Part shown: positions 19,456 through 30,110 of the stretch, one piece after another
Layout of the letters: every line of letters starts with the position of its first letter
Position numbering within the stretch: position 1 is the stretch's first letter
Assembly: GCA_963783305.1 (NCBI GenBank)
Contig: CAWAMW010000015.1
Span: 128,001 to 192,000, forward strand
Length of the DNA: 64,000 nt
Direction of reading: 5' to 3'
DNA from: an uncultured Gemmatimonadales bacterium
GTDB lineage: Bacteria; Gemmatimonadota; Gemmatimonadetes; Longimicrobiales; RSA9
Position numbers and translations under genes: made by a program
Notes under the pieces: model-generated
Told to the model about the DNA's origin: nothing
Seen by the model: the letters and a program-made list of their open reading frames with translations, nothing else
Database searches by the model: none

Positions 19456-21213
19456 TCAGCCGCCGTCGATGCCGCCCCTGGCCCCACCATCTTCCCCCGT
19501 GTGCTCCGCGGCCGATCGCTCGAAGACCACCTCGCCTCCGAGTACGGTGAGGTCGACCCGTGCGTCGCGAACCTCACCCTCCGGGATCTCGAGGATGTCG
19601 CGGGAAAGCACGACCAGATCGGCCAGCTTGCCCGGCGTGATCGTGCCCTTGCTCTCTTCTTCGAAGCCGGCAATGGCGTTGTTCAGCGTGTAGGACTGGA
19701 GCGCCTGCTCCCGTGTCAGCCGCTGGTCGGGATCAAAGCGTCCGCCGTCCGGCAGCGCCCTGGAGATGGCGGCCCAGTAGCTGGCGATCGGGTCCACGTC
19801 CTCTACGGGCGCGTCGGTGCCGTTTGCCACGATCACACCCTGCTGCCAGAGGTCCTGCCAGCGGTACGCTCCCTCCCGCGCGCGCTCCTCACCAAGCCGC
19901 TTCGGCACCCATGGCGCGTCGGAGGTGGCGTGCACGGTCTGCATGGCGGCGATCACGCCGAGCTCCGCGAACCGGTCCAGGTCGGACGGGTGAAGGTGCT
20001 GTGCATGCTCGATCCGCCACCGCGGGTCCTCCCTCTCCGGGTGGGCCCGGAACGCCGCTTCATAGATGTCCAGGACCTCCCGATTGGCCCGGTCTCCGAT
20101 GGCATGGGTGGCGAGCTGGTAATCGTGCTCCATGGCCAGCTCCGCGGTGCGGGTGACCTCGGCCACGGGCTCCAGCACCAGCCCGGTGCTGGATGGCATG
20201 TCCGTGTAGGGCTCGAGCAGCCACGCCCCATGGGAGCCGAGGGCGCCATCGATCTGCTTCTTGATGGTCCGGACCGTCAGCCGATCGTTCCCGACGCCGA
20301 CCATGCGGTACGCGTCCAGCTTCTCGGCGAGCTCCTCGTTCGGCGCACGGACCATGACATAGAGGCGGACGGGCAGCGCCCCGGCCTCCGCCAGCCGACG
20401 ATAGCCGTCGATAGTGGAGAACCCGACACCGGCGTCGTGGAACGTGGTCACCCCTTTCGAGACCAGCTCCCGCCCGGCCAGCTCCACGACCCGGTCGAAC
20501 TGCGCACGTCGCGCCTCCGGCGAGCGCTCCGCCTCGTCACGCGCGTACGCCCGATCCACTGGCTCCGTCGCGTTCTCCCGGAGCAGTCCAGTGGGCTCGC
20601 CCTCCGCGTCCCGCACCACCTCGCCCCCCTCCGGCGGCGTGTAGCCGGCATCGATTCCAGCCAGCTCCAGCGCTCGCGCGTTGACGAAGGCCGCGTGACC
20701 ACTGGCGTGGGTCAGCACGACCGGGTTGTCCGGCGATACAGCGCTCAGCGACTGATGCGTCGGCACCCCTTCCACCGAGCCCTCGGGCACCCGGTCCCAT
20801 TTCTCCTGGTGCCAGCCACGGCCGAGGATCCACTCGCCCGGCGCCGCCGTCGCCGCCGCCTCTGCGACCAGGCCAACGATCTCGTCCCAGCCGCGCACCG
20901 CCGTCAGATCCAGGTTCAGCTGCGCGGCCCCGACCCCCATGAAGTGGCCGTGCCCCTCGATGAAACCGGGCACGACCAGCCGCCCCTCCAGCTCGATGAC
21001 GTGGGTGCCGGGGCCGATGTGGTCCGCGACGTCCTCGTTCGAGCCCACCGCGATGATCCGATCCCCCCTCACGGCCACCGCCTGTCCCTCCGGCACCGCC
21101 GGGTCCACAGTGACCACGCGGCCGCCCCGGAGCACCAGGTCCGCCTCCGGGTCCTGCGCACCCGCGCCGCAGCCCGTCAACGCCAGTAGCATCAATGCAG
21201 CAATCCGTTTCAT
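19456..21213 (-). CDS. Amidohydrolase (YtcJ-like, Amidohydro_3) lipoprotein
   Basis: Lipobox LTGC; PGFIEGHGH, DGALGS, HAIGD, RIEHAQ, GTDAP, GKLADLVVL. Confidence 0.88.
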   Translation of the reverse strand: MKRIAALMLLALTGCGAGAQDPEADLVLRGGRVVTVDPAVPEGQAVAVRGDRIIAVGSNEDVADHIGPGTHVIELEGRLVVPGFIEGHGHFMGVGAAQLNLDLTAVRGWDEIVGLVAEAAATAAPGEWILGRGWHQEKWDRVPEGSVEGVPTHQSLSAVSPDNPVVLTHASGHAAFVNARALELAGIDAGYTPPEGGEVVRDAEGEPTGLLRENATEPVDRAYARDEAERSPEARRAQFDRVVELAGRELVSKGVTTFHDAGVGFSTIDGYRRLAEAGALPVRLYVMVRAPNEELAEKLDAYRMVGVGNDRLTVRTIKKQIDGALGSHGAWLLEPYTDMPSSTGLVLEPVAEVTRTAELAMEHDYQLATHAIGDRANREVLDIYEAAFRAHPEREDPRWRIEHAQHLHPSDLDRFAELGVIAAMQTVHATSDAPWVPKRLGEERAREGAYRWQDLWQQGVIVANGTDAPVEDVDPIASYWAAISRALPDGGRFDPDQRLTREQALQSYTLNNAIAGFEEESKGTITPGKLADLVVLSRDILEIPEGEVRDARVDLTVLGGEVVFERSAAEHTGEDGGARGGIDGG

Positions 21214-21233
21214 TTGGTCCGCCGGTTCCGTGT

Positions 21234-21809
21234 TCAGATGAGCTCGAAGACGCCCAGCACTCCGAGCGCGACCATGGTGTTGAAGATCATGTTTCCCGCC
21301 AGCGCCGCCACGAAGATACCCGCCACCGGGAACCGCAGGAACGCCATGGGCAGAACGAGGAGCTCGTTCGGCAGGGGCGCGAACCCGGCATAGAGGAACA
21401 TGACCACGAAAGGCAGCGTCGGGTGCCGATCCCGGAGCGATTCCAGTCGTCGGACGATCCCGCCCTCCGGAAGCTCGACGACGCCGCGCGCGGTCCTGCC
21501 CACAAGGTAGCCCGCCAGGTCCCCTGTCGTCATCCCGACCGCGATCAACATCACCGTGGGAACCGCAGCCATCCCTATCTCCATGAAGAAGGGGAAGAAC
21601 GCGATCACGGGGATCGGCACGAGCAGGTTGAACCCGCTGAGCGCCGCCCCCACGAAGATTCCCGGGTACCCGAAGCGCTGCGCGGCCTCGCGCACCATGT
21701 CGTGCCCGGACGCGTACAGATTGGCCCAGACCACCACCGCGAGGAGGCCGCCGATGAGCAGGAGCCGGAGAGCGAATCGCGATCCAGCCCGTTGGAACGC
21801 CGCCGTCAC
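21234..21809 (-). CDS. DedA/VTT-like membrane protein
   Basis: Hydrophobic; G..TGDLAGYLVGR and PLPNE motifs; GTG start just after the upstream stop. Confidence 0.65.
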   Translation of the reverse strand: MTAAFQRAGSRFALRLLLIGGLLAVVVWANLYASGHDMVREAAQRFGYPGIFVGAALSGFNLLVPIPVIAFFPFFMEIGMAAVPTVMLIAVGMTTGDLAGYLVGRTARGVVELPEGGIVRRLESLRDRHPTLPFVVMFLYAGFAPLPNELLVLPMAFLRFPVAGIFVAALAGNMIFNTMVALGVLGVFELI

Positions 21810-21813
21810 CGAC

Positions 21814-24357
21814 TCAGGGGAGCGTCCAGGTGGCCCCCAGGCTGGCATTGGCGTCGCCGGCCGGGAGGGGTCGGGCCAGCAGGTACCCCTGCGCGGACGC
21901 GCATCCGAGCGCACGAACGGCCCGGAACTGATCCTCGGTCTCCACACCCTCCGCTACCACGTCCATCCCCAGCTCGTCGGCCAGCGCCACGATGGTGCGC
22001 ACGATCTCGCTGTTCTCGCAGTTCGGGCCGATGTCGGCGATGAACGAGCTGTCGATCTTCAGCGTGTCGGCGGCGAACCGCTGGAGGTAGCTCAAGGACG
22101 AGTAGCCCATGCCGAAATCGTCGATCATGAGAGAGACACCCAGCTCCCGCAGCCGCGCCAGCGTGAGCGACGTGGCTTCCGCGTGCTGCATGACCACGTT
22201 CTCGGTCAGCTCCAGCCGGAGCGCCGACGGCTCCACCCCTACTTCGTCGATGATATCCCGGATTCGGTCCGCCAGGTCCGGCTGCGACAGCTGCGTGGCC
22301 GACAGGTTCACCGCGACATACGGACCCTGCCGCTCCGCATCCCACCAGAGCCGCGCCTGTTCCGCCGCCTGCCTCAGCGTCCACCAGCCCATCGGCACGA
22401 TCAGCCCCGTCTCCTCCGCCACCGACAGGAACTCCGACGGGGGAAGGAGACCGCGCTGCGGATGCTGCCAGCGGATCAGCGACTCGTACCCCAGCAGAAC
22501 GCCCGTACGCAGGGAGACGATGGGCTGATAATGCAGCTGGAACTCCTCCTGGTCCACCGCCCGCCGCAGGCTCGTCTCCAGTTCCAGCACCGCCATCGCC
22601 TGGTCGTGCATGGTACGGTCGAAGACCTCCGTCCTCGCACGCCCGCCGTCCTTCGCCCGATACATGGCGATGTCCGCGTCCCGCAGCATCTCCTCCGCCC
22701 GCCGGTACCGGTCCGCGCTCACGGCGATTCCGATGCTCACCGTCACGTAGACCGCCCGCCGCGCCACCTCGAATGACCGCGTCATGGACTCGTGGATCCG
22801 CTCCGCCACATGCTCGGCCTCGCGCGGCTCACCGCTGCCGTCCAGGAGCACCGCGAACTCGTCCCCGCCCACCCGCGCCACCGTGTCCGCCGGCCGGAGA
22901 CAGCTTTCGACCCGGCGGCCCAGCTCCACCAGGAGCTGGTCGCCCACACCGTGACCCAGGCTGTCGTTCACCACCTTGAACCGGTCCGCGTCCAGGAAGA
23001 GCACGGTGAACCCCGGCGTGCCCTCACGTCTGCCGCGCTTCACCAGCTGCCGCAGACGATCCATGAAGAGCGCGCGGTTGGGCAGCCCGGTGAGACGGTC
23101 GTGGAAGGCGTCGTAGAGCAGCCGCTCCTCCACCTCCTTCCGCTGCGTCACGTCCCGCGCGTTCACCACCACGCCCCCCACCGCCGGGTCATCCAGCAGG
23201 TTGTTGCCCACCGCCTCCAGCGTGCGCCAGCTCCCATCACGATGGCGGAACCGCAGCTCCACCGTCTCCGTCACGCCCGCCAGCCCGCTCGACCGGCGGA
23301 AGATGCCCTTCACATGAGGGATCTCGTCCGGATGCAGGTAGTCGAAGACCGATTTCCCCACCAGCTCCTCCGGAACGTACCCCAGCACCCGCTCCACCGC
23401 CGGGCTCTCGTACGTGATGGTGCCATCGCCCGCCAGGATCGTAATGGTGTCCAGCGCGTTCTCGATCAGCGAACGGTAGTACTGCTCGCTCTGGCGCAAC
23501 GCCTCCGTCGAGCGTTTCCGCTCCGTCACATCCTCGATGATCCCCTCGTATCCGATCACCTGACCTTCGGGACCGCGCCGGGCCGTCGCCGTCACCAGGC
23601 ATTCCAGCCGCCGCGAGTGCGAGTCCACCAGCTGCACTTCGTAGTTTCGGACCGACCCCTTCTCCTCTACCACCGCCTGGAACCGCTCCCGGCTGCTCCG
23701 GTCCCCATACAGCGCGCCCGCGCTCAGGCGGAGGAGCTCCCGCCGGGTGAAACCGAACAGGTCCAGCATCGAGCGGTTCACATCAACGAAATCGCCCTCG
23801 CGCGTGGTGATGTACAGCGCGTGGCGCGACTCCTCGAACAGACGCCGGTACCGGCGCTCGCTCGAGATCAGCGCCTGCTGCATGCGCTTCTGCTCCGTCA
23901 CATCCCGGAACGTCCACACACGACCCACCACCCGCTCCGCAAGCCGCTGCGGGCGCGAGTACCGCTCCACCACACGCCCGTCGCGGAACGAGAGCACGTC
24001 ATAGCCCGTACGCGTCGGATCGTCGTACAGCGAATTCACCCGGTCCAGGAAGGAGTCCGGGTCTTCCAGCTTCTCCAGCACGAAGTCCAGCAAACCCTGG
24101 TCGTCCGCCGCCCCGATCAGCACGTCCGGAATATCCCAGATCTCCGCGAACCGCCGGTTGTGACTCACAACGCAGCCGGTCCCATCGACCACCAGGATCC
24201 CGTCCGTAGTGGAGTCGAGGGTCGCCTGGAGCAGGGAGATAGAGCGCTCCAGGCGCTCCTCCACGTTGCGAAGGTGCGCCCTGTGGGCGGACCCTGGGAC
24301 ACGATCCCCCGGATCGGCACCATCTTCCGTCAACGCCGCGTTGATCGGCTCTCTCAT
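21814..24357 (-). CDS. PAS x3 - GGDEF - EAL c-di-GMP signalling protein
   Basis: Three PAS domains, DRLTGLPNR, GGDEF, YESLIRW, DDFGMGYSSL, VAEGVE, QGY. Confidence 0.9.
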   Translation of the reverse strand: MREPINAALTEDGADPGDRVPGSAHRAHLRNVEERLERSISLLQATLDSTTDGILVVDGTGCVVSHNRRFAEIWDIPDVLIGAADDQGLLDFVLEKLEDPDSFLDRVNSLYDDPTRTGYDVLSFRDGRVVERYSRPQRLAERVVGRVWTFRDVTEQKRMQQALISSERRYRRLFEESRHALYITTREGDFVDVNRSMLDLFGFTRRELLRLSAGALYGDRSSRERFQAVVEEKGSVRNYEVQLVDSHSRRLECLVTATARRGPEGQVIGYEGIIEDVTERKRSTEALRQSEQYYRSLIENALDTITILAGDGTITYESPAVERVLGYVPEELVGKSVFDYLHPDEIPHVKGIFRRSSGLAGVTETVELRFRHRDGSWRTLEAVGNNLLDDPAVGGVVVNARDVTQRKEVEERLLYDAFHDRLTGLPNRALFMDRLRQLVKRGRREGTPGFTVLFLDADRFKVVNDSLGHGVGDQLLVELGRRVESCLRPADTVARVGGDEFAVLLDGSGEPREAEHVAERIHESMTRSFEVARRAVYVTVSIGIAVSADRYRRAEEMLRDADIAMYRAKDGGRARTEVFDRTMHDQAMAVLELETSLRRAVDQEEFQLHYQPIVSLRTGVLLGYESLIRWQHPQRGLLPPSEFLSVAEETGLIVPMGWWTLRQAAEQARLWWDAERQGPYVAVNLSATQLSQPDLADRIRDIIDEVGVEPSALRLELTENVVMQHAEATSLTLARLRELGVSLMIDDFGMGYSSLSYLQRFAADTLKIDSSFIADIGPNCENSEIVRTIVALADELGMDVVAEGVETEDQFRAVRALGCASAQGYLLARPLPAGDANASLGATWTLP

Positions 24358-24477
24358 CACCGGGTCGTCTGGTGGTTCGGGATCACAACGGGTGGGAACG
24401 CGAGGAACCGTAACCGCAAGGCCGGCATGCCGCAAGGAGTCTGCATGGCGGTACGCGCCGTGCACACGGAGGAGGCG

Positions 24478-25245
24478 ATGACACGGGACCGAACGCGGAC
24501 ACGGCTGGATGGGTTTCGGCTCCACGCCTTGCACGAGGGGGAGGGAGAGCCGTTGGTCCTCCTGCACGGGCTCTCCGGCTCGTGGCGCTGGTGGCGCTTC
24601 AACGTGCCCCGGCTCAGTCAGGACTACCGCGTCCACGTGCCGGAGATGATCGGATTCGGAGAGAGCCGTGGCGCGGTGCGGCACCCCACGCTGCCGGAGA
24701 TGGCCGGGCTCCTCGTCCGGTGGCTCGATGCCATGGATCTGGAGCGGACTCACTTCGTGGGCCACTCCATGGGAGCCCAGGTGGCGGTGCACCTGGCGGC
24801 CCGGTGGCCGGACCGTCTCAACCGCCTGGTACTGAGTGATGCCGCGGGGATCCCCCACTCCCTCTCCTCCACCCACCTGATGGAGATGGCCCGTGAGCTG
24901 GTGTGGCCGAGAGCCTGGGGTCGGCCGGGCTTTCTACCGACCATCGCGGCTGATGCGGTGCGCACCGGTCCGCGCACGCTCGTGAGCGCTTTGCGGGGCG
25001 TACTCGCCGACGACATCAGACCTCTGCTCCCGCGGATTTCCGCCCCCACCCTCCTCATCTGGGGTGAGCACGACCCGGTGACGCCGGTGGAGGACGGCGA
25101 GGCCATCGCGCGCCTGGTGCCGGGGGCGCGGCTGGTGCTTATCGACGGGGCCTCGCACAATCCCATGGCAGATCGGCCGGACCTCTTCAATCGGGAGCTC
25201 CTACGGTTCCTCGGTGCCGGCGCGGGAGCCGGCGCCGCGCCATGA
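24478..25245 (+). CDS. Alpha/beta hydrolase
   Basis: LLHG, GHSMG, WGEHD, ASH; GGAGG RBS. Confidence 0.88.
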   Translation: MTRDRTRTRLDGFRLHALHEGEGEPLVLLHGLSGSWRWWRFNVPRLSQDYRVHVPEMIGFGESRGAVRHPTLPEMAGLLVRWLDAMDLERTHFVGHSMGAQVAVHLAARWPDRLNRLVLSDAAGIPHSLSSTHLMEMARELVWPRAWGRPGFLPTIAADAVRTGPRTLVSALRGVLADDIRPLLPRISAPTLLIWGEHDPVTPVEDGEAIARLVPGARLVLIDGASHNPMADRPDLFNRELLRFLGAGAGAGAAP

Positions 25246-25362
25246 GCGCGAACGACTGCTGCCGGACGCGAAACTGGACCGGATCGACGAGGCGAGCCAC
25301 GCCGTCGCCCTCGATCCGGTCCAGCCGTTCATGGACCGCGTAATCCGGTTCCTTACCCGCCG

Positions 25363-26700
25363 CTACGGACGCGGCGTCAGGACCGACCGGTGAAACTCGT
25401 CCTGCATGACGCCGAAATTCCACGGCTCATCGGCACCATAGTGACAGTACGAACACATCCCCATGTGCGGTACGCGACCCAGGTCCGGTGGCGGAGGCGC
25501 CCTCCGTCCCGCCAGCCGGTACGCCGCCGCCGCTTGATCCACCGCGTCGCGCATCAGGCGATCGGACAGCTCCAGGTTGTGCTGCCCCCCCGCCGCAGCA
25601 ACGAGCCCCACCATCTCCCGGGCGCTCTCGATCAGCGTGCCCGTACTGTCGGAGTGGGCGCCTACCTCCGCCGCGGCCCGAGTCACGTAGGTGGTGCTCG
25701 CTGCGAGACGGCTCTTCGACCCTTCGATCCACCAGTCGAGGACCTGGGCATACTCCTGCCGGTGGCAGCCGGCGCACGCGGTTGCCTGCCCACGGATCGG
25801 CGTTTCCGGTACCGCGCCTGATACCGCCGGCGGGACGTGGCACGACCGGCACGTCATTCCAGCCACGAACTTCGTGCTCGGCATGGCGCCGCCATCCGGG
25901 CGGATCCCGAGAAGGAGCCGCTGCTGCGACGCGTGCACTCCCACGTGGCACTCGGCACACACGGTGCTCGTAGGCCACTCCGCGAGCTCGACGTCGACGT
26001 CGTGGGCCCGCTGATGGCAGTCCGCGCACACCAGCTCGACCGCCGAGCTCATGGCCTTCACCTCGTGCAGCCCCTCCTGGTGGCATGCCGTGCAGGTCAC
26101 GCCCTCGTGGATGGGGTGGAGGTCACGGCCCACCGCCCGCTGGTTCAGTACCGACAGGTCCTCATGGCACTCCCGGCACTGCAGCCCCGACACTTCCGTC
26201 TCCGCCCCCGCCACGTCATAGTGGCACCGAACGCAGCCGATCTCGATCCACGGCAGCTGCGAGTGGGACACCGCCACACCCTGACTCGTCAGGCTGGAGT
26301 GATCCGGCTCATCGTGGCACAGCCTGCATTCCTGCGCGTCCGCGCTGGTCACGTCGCTGACGTGGCACAGCGCGCAGGCCTCCACCGACGCTCGCAGCGG
26401 CTCCGTCCCCGCGTCGTGGGTATGGCACCCCGCGCATGTCGCCTTGATCTCGTGCCCCTCGGCGTGATCCCGGTGCGGGAACGTGACCGTCGCCACCTGG
26501 ACCTCGATCGGGCCGCCCGCCTCGTGGCAGCCCGACGCCGCGCACGAGCTCGCCGGGACGGTGGCCCTCCCGCGCTCACCCTGCGGACCGGAATGGCACG
26601 CGGCGCAGGCGAGGTCGGCGTGCGGGTCACCCGCGGTGTCCGGGGGCGCGCACGCCCCCAGGACGACCGCGAGGAGTGCGATCAGCAGAAGACGGCCCAT
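25363..26700 (-). CDS. Multiheme c-type cytochrome lipoprotein (12 CxxCH + 1 Cx4CH)
   Basis: Lipobox LGAC; heme motifs counted in the translation; helical C-terminal domain. Confidence 0.88.
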   Translation of the reverse strand: MGRLLLIALLAVVLGACAPPDTAGDPHADLACAACHSGPQGERGRATVPASSCAASGCHEAGGPIEVQVATVTFPHRDHAEGHEIKATCAGCHTHDAGTEPLRASVEACALCHVSDVTSADAQECRLCHDEPDHSSLTSQGVAVSHSQLPWIEIGCVRCHYDVAGAETEVSGLQCRECHEDLSVLNQRAVGRDLHPIHEGVTCTACHQEGLHEVKAMSSAVELVCADCHQRAHDVDVELAEWPTSTVCAECHVGVHASQQRLLLGIRPDGGAMPSTKFVAGMTCRSCHVPPAVSGAVPETPIRGQATACAGCHRQEYAQVLDWWIEGSKSRLAASTTYVTRAAAEVGAHSDSTGTLIESAREMVGLVAAAGGQHNLELSDRLMRDAVDQAAAAYRLAGRRAPPPPDLGRVPHMGMCSYCHYGADEPWNFGVMQDEFHRSVLTPRP

Positions 26701-27608
26701 AGAATCATCCCGATGGTAGCGAGTCCAACGCCCCAGGCGGCGAAGCCGAACACCGCGGCGAACAGCGTTTCTCCCCGGGTCGGCGCGGGCGCCCTCCGGT
26801 CCTTGACAGGCTTTTTGGACACCGGCTCCGACGCCTTGGCGCGAATGGAGTCCATCACACCCGGGTGCTCCTCCTCCATGTACTCCTCGGTCGCGCGCCC
26901 GGTGAACATCACGGCGTCCAGCGGGAACTTGTCCGGGCGCAGGTGCACGTTGAAGAAATGGATCGTGAAGAGGAACGCCGCGGCCAGCATGGCCTCCACG
27001 CCGTGGAATACCGTGGCCACGTTGAACATCCACCCGGGCATCCACTGCCCGAAGAACTCGGGGAACCAGAGCATGGTCCCCGACCCCCCGATGACGAAGA
27101 AGCCCCAGACCTCGCCCAGGTAGTCCATCTTCTCCAGATAGCCGTAGCGGCCGAACTGCGGCGGGCGACCCCTGCCGAAGTAGTACTTCCACTGCTGGAT
27201 GAAGTCGCGGGCGTCATCCGGGTGCGGCACGAAGGAGTCGCTCCCCCACACCAGCTTCTTGCGGTCCTCGGCCCGAACGAACTTTACCACCATGTAGGCG
27301 ATATGCCAGAGTGTGTACAGCACCATGAAGGCCGCCGCTGATCGGTGGATCAGCCCGGCCCGCTCCACACCGCCCCAGAAGCTCATCAGCGGAGCCGCGA
27401 ACGGCGCGCACGAGAACCGCAACGGGATGCCCGTCAGGATGAGCGTGTAGAACGAGATGATGGCGAACGCGTGCGTGACGCGGTCGGCGGTGTTGAACCG
27501 CCAGATGAAGGGGCCTTTGCCCCGCTGCGCCGCGTCGAGCGGAACGCCCTGCGCCTCCGCGGCCGCTGTGCCGCCATCGGCTCCGACGCTGCCTCCCGTG
27601 TTACTCAC
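26682..27608 (-). CDS. Membrane b-type cytochrome (FdnI/HydC-like; resembles the CbcL C-terminal half)
   Basis: RF...DR.TH, G.P, IHR.AA, EKMDY, VFHGVEA, IHFFNVH with several TM helices; GGAGG RBS before GTG at 27608. Confidence 0.85.
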   Translation of the reverse strand: MSNTGGSVGADGGTAAAEAQGVPLDAAQRGKGPFIWRFNTADRVTHAFAIISFYTLILTGIPLRFSCAPFAAPLMSFWGGVERAGLIHRSAAAFMVLYTLWHIAYMVVKFVRAEDRKKLVWGSDSFVPHPDDARDFIQQWKYYFGRGRPPQFGRYGYLEKMDYLGEVWGFFVIGGSGTMLWFPEFFGQWMPGWMFNVATVFHGVEAMLAAAFLFTIHFFNVHLRPDKFPLDAVMFTGRATEEYMEEEHPGVMDSIRAKASEPVSKKPVKDRRAPAPTRGETLFAAVFGFAAWGVGLATIGMILWAVFC

Positions 27609-28761
27609 CGTGACCTCCCCCATGGTGCGACACACCCCTGCGCTTATCGATGCTCATGCGGATCCACCACAGGATCGTGTGGAGCCCGAACACCGTCAGC
27701 GTTCCGATCAGCATCGAGTTCATGAACCAGAACGCGTAGAACAGCACCGGATTCCGCTCCCGGTTCATGGGGTCCGGGTGAGAGTCGTACTTCACGAACC
27801 CCGGCCGCGCGTGGTCGTGGCAGGCGCTGCACGTCTCCACCAGGTTCCCCTCGGCCACCCGGGACGTGGGGTCGTCCGCCGGCAGCATGCCGTGAGCGCC
27901 GTGGCAGTCCGCACAGGTGGCCGAGACGTCCGATCCCAGCTCGGCCGCCTTGCCGTGGTAAGATCCGCGATAGGTCTGCGCGGCCTCCTGGTGGCACTCC
28001 GCGCACCGGTTCAGCGACGCCTCGAACGCGCCCACGTCTCCCGACCCCGCTACCGGGTGCGCGCCGTGGCATGCGGTACAGCTCGGGGGCTCCTGGCCGC
28101 TTTGGAGGTGGTCCCCCGCCCGTAGCGCCCGCGCATGAATGCCGCTCTCCCAGATCGTGGCTACCGAGTCATGGCACGCCCCACAGACCTGCGGTTGATT
28201 CAGCGGCGCCATCCAGCTCTCCGGGTCGGAGGGGGAGCGCACCCCGTGGGGATCATGGCAGGCGTAGCACCCCGCGTGGCCCTGGTGGTGGGCATCCACC
28301 GGCAGTCGCTGCGTCTCGTGGCACGCCGCGCACGTCTCGCTCATGAACCGCAGCGCCGAGCCGCCACGGAGCGAGTCCGCGGGCGCCACATCATGGATGC
28401 CGTGGCAGTCCGCGCACATCACCACCTCGCTGTCCGCACCTCCCGAATGGAGCCCCTGCTCCCATTCGGCGGCCACCTCTTCGTGGCAGCCGGCGCACGT
28501 TGCCGTGCTCGTGACGCCCGGGTGTGGATATCGGGTGTAGCCGGAATGGCATTGCGCACAGTCCATCCCGGCGTGCGCCGTCCCCTCGAGGATCCGCGAC
28601 CCGACGGTCAGCGAGCGGGCCTCATCCAGCGTCTCGACGTACTGCCGCAGCAGCTCGGGCTCGCCGTGGCAGCGTTGGCAGTCGATCTGCCTCTGTCCCG
28701 CCACCGGCGCGACCCACAGGACTACCCCCGCAACGGCCGCGAATAGCGCCCCTCGTATCAT
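27601..28761 (-). CDS. Multiheme c-type cytochrome (11 CxxCH) with C-terminal TM anchor; resembles the CbcL N-terminal half
   Basis: Signal peptide, 11 CxxCH, SYHGKA..LG..ATCADCHG, C-terminal FWFM..LIG..FGLHT.LWW helix. Confidence 0.88.
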   Translation of the reverse strand: MIRGALFAAVAGVVLWVAPVAGQRQIDCQRCHGEPELLRQYVETLDEARSLTVGSRILEGTAHAGMDCAQCHSGYTRYPHPGVTSTATCAGCHEEVAAEWEQGLHSGGADSEVVMCADCHGIHDVAPADSLRGGSALRFMSETCAACHETQRLPVDAHHQGHAGCYACHDPHGVRSPSDPESWMAPLNQPQVCGACHDSVATIWESGIHARALRAGDHLQSGQEPPSCTACHGAHPVAGSGDVGAFEASLNRCAECHQEAAQTYRGSYHGKAAELGSDVSATCADCHGAHGMLPADDPTSRVAEGNLVETCSACHDHARPGFVKYDSHPDPMNRERNPVLFYAFWFMNSMLIGTLTVFGLHTILWWIRMSIDKRRGVSHHGGGHGE

Positions 28762-30110
28762 TCGTCCATCCCGTATTTATTGAGACGGTTGCGTACCTGG
28801 TGACGACTCATCCCCAGGAGCCTCCCCGCTTCCGTGCGATTCCCCTCGGCGCGCCGCAACGCCGCCCGGAGCAGCGACTGCTCGAGCTCCTCGAAGTCCA
28901 CGCCCTCCGGCCCCAGCTCCAGGACCGGGTCCTCAGCCACCGCCCGGCCCCGCACGTGCGCCGGCAGCATCTCCGGCTTCAGAACGGGCCCGTCCGCCAG
29001 CAGTATCGTCCGCTCGATGAGGTTCCGTAGCTCCCGCACGTTCCCGGGCCACCGGTACGCCACCAGCATGTCCATCGCCTCCGGCTGCACCTCGGTGATC
29101 CGTTTGCCGAACTGCGTGCAGTACTCGCCCACGAACGTCTTCACCAGAGCCGGGATGTCGGACGGGCGCTCGCGCAGGGGTGGCAGCCGGATCGGGAACA
29201 CGCGTAGCCGGTAGTACAGGTCCTCCCTGAACCGGTCCGCCTCCACCTCCTCTTCCAGGTCCCGGTTCGTCGCCGCCACCAGCCGCGCGTCCACCTTCAG
29301 GTCCTTCGTCCCGCCCACACGGCGGAACGTCTTCTCTTCGATGAACCGCAGCAGCTTCCCCTGCAGCCCCAGCGAGAGCTCCCCGATCTCATCCAGGAAG
29401 AGCGTCCCCCCGTCCGCCAGCTCCACCAGGCCCCGCTTCATCGTCCGGGCATCGGTGAACGCGCCCTTCTCATGACCGAACAGCTCCGACTCCATGATGG
29501 TCTCGGCCAGCGCGGAGCACGTCACGTTTACGAACGGCGCGTCCGCGCGCTGACTGGCGCGATGGATCGCCTTCGCCAGCATCCCCTTCCCCGTCCCCGT
29601 TTCCCCCTCCAGCAGCACGGTCGTGCTCCCCGCAGGCGCCACCCGCTTTACCAGCTCGAACACCTCGCGCATGGCCGGGCTCGCGCCCACCACGTCATCA
29701 CCGAGGCCCGCCTGCTCCCGGAGGACCCGCACCTCCCGCTGGAGTCGCGTCCGCTCCAGCGCGCCCCGCAGGGTCGCCCCCAGGCGGTCGAACGAGAACG
29801 GCTTCTCCAGGAAGTCCACCGCCCCCGCCCGCAGCGCGTCCACCGCCGACTGCACCGTCCCGTGTGCGCTCATCATCACGCACACCGTGTCGCCCTCCTG
29901 GCTCAACGCCCTCAGGATCTCCGTCCCCTCCCCGTCCGGCAGCTTGATGTCCAGCAGCGCAAGGTCCGGGAGATGCTCTTCGATCTCCGCCCGGCCCGCC
30001 GCCACGGTGCTCGCCGTCGTCACGGCGTAGCCTTCCCGCTCCAACCGCTCCGCCGTCACCTGTCGGAGCAGATCGTCGTCCTCCACGATCAGGATTCGCT
30101 CGTTCGCCAC
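28758..30110 (-). CDS. Sigma54-dependent NtrC/AtoC-family response regulator
   Basis: REC, GETGTGK, ESELFGHEKGAFTDA, LFLDEIG, WPGNVREL, Fis-type HTH. Confidence 0.93.
   Translation of the reverse strand: MANERILIVEDDDLLRQVTAERLEREGYAVTTASTVAAGRAEIEEHLPDLALLDIKLPDGEGTEILRALSQEGDTVCVMMSAHGTVQSAVDALRAGAVDFLEKPFSFDRLGATLRGALERTRLQREVRVLREQAGLGDDVVGASPAMREVFELVKRVAPAGSTTVLLEGETGTGKGMLAKAIHRASQRADAPFVNVTCSALAETIMESELFGHEKGAFTDARTMKRGLVELADGGTLFLDEIGELSLGLQGKLLRFIEEKTFRRVGGTKDLKVDARLVAATNRDLEEEVEADRFREDLYYRLRVFPIRLPPLRERPSDIPALVKTFVGEYCTQFGKRITEVQPEAMDMLVAYRWPGNVRELRNLIERTILLADGPVLKPEMLPAHVRGRAVAEDPVLELGPEGVDFEELEQSLLRAALRRAEGNRTEAGRLLGMSRHQVRNRLNKYGMDE

Noticed and set aside
18394..21189. Very long antisense ORFs (e.g. 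3648-6401, 18394-21189, 22792-24477, 60437-62941)
   Set aside because: Shadow ORFs opposite well-supported genes, as expected in high-GC DNA, with no recognisable motifs.
29448..29465. GAFTDA instead of GAFTGA in the sigma54 activator
   Set aside because: A common natural variant; not evidence of inactivity or novelty.
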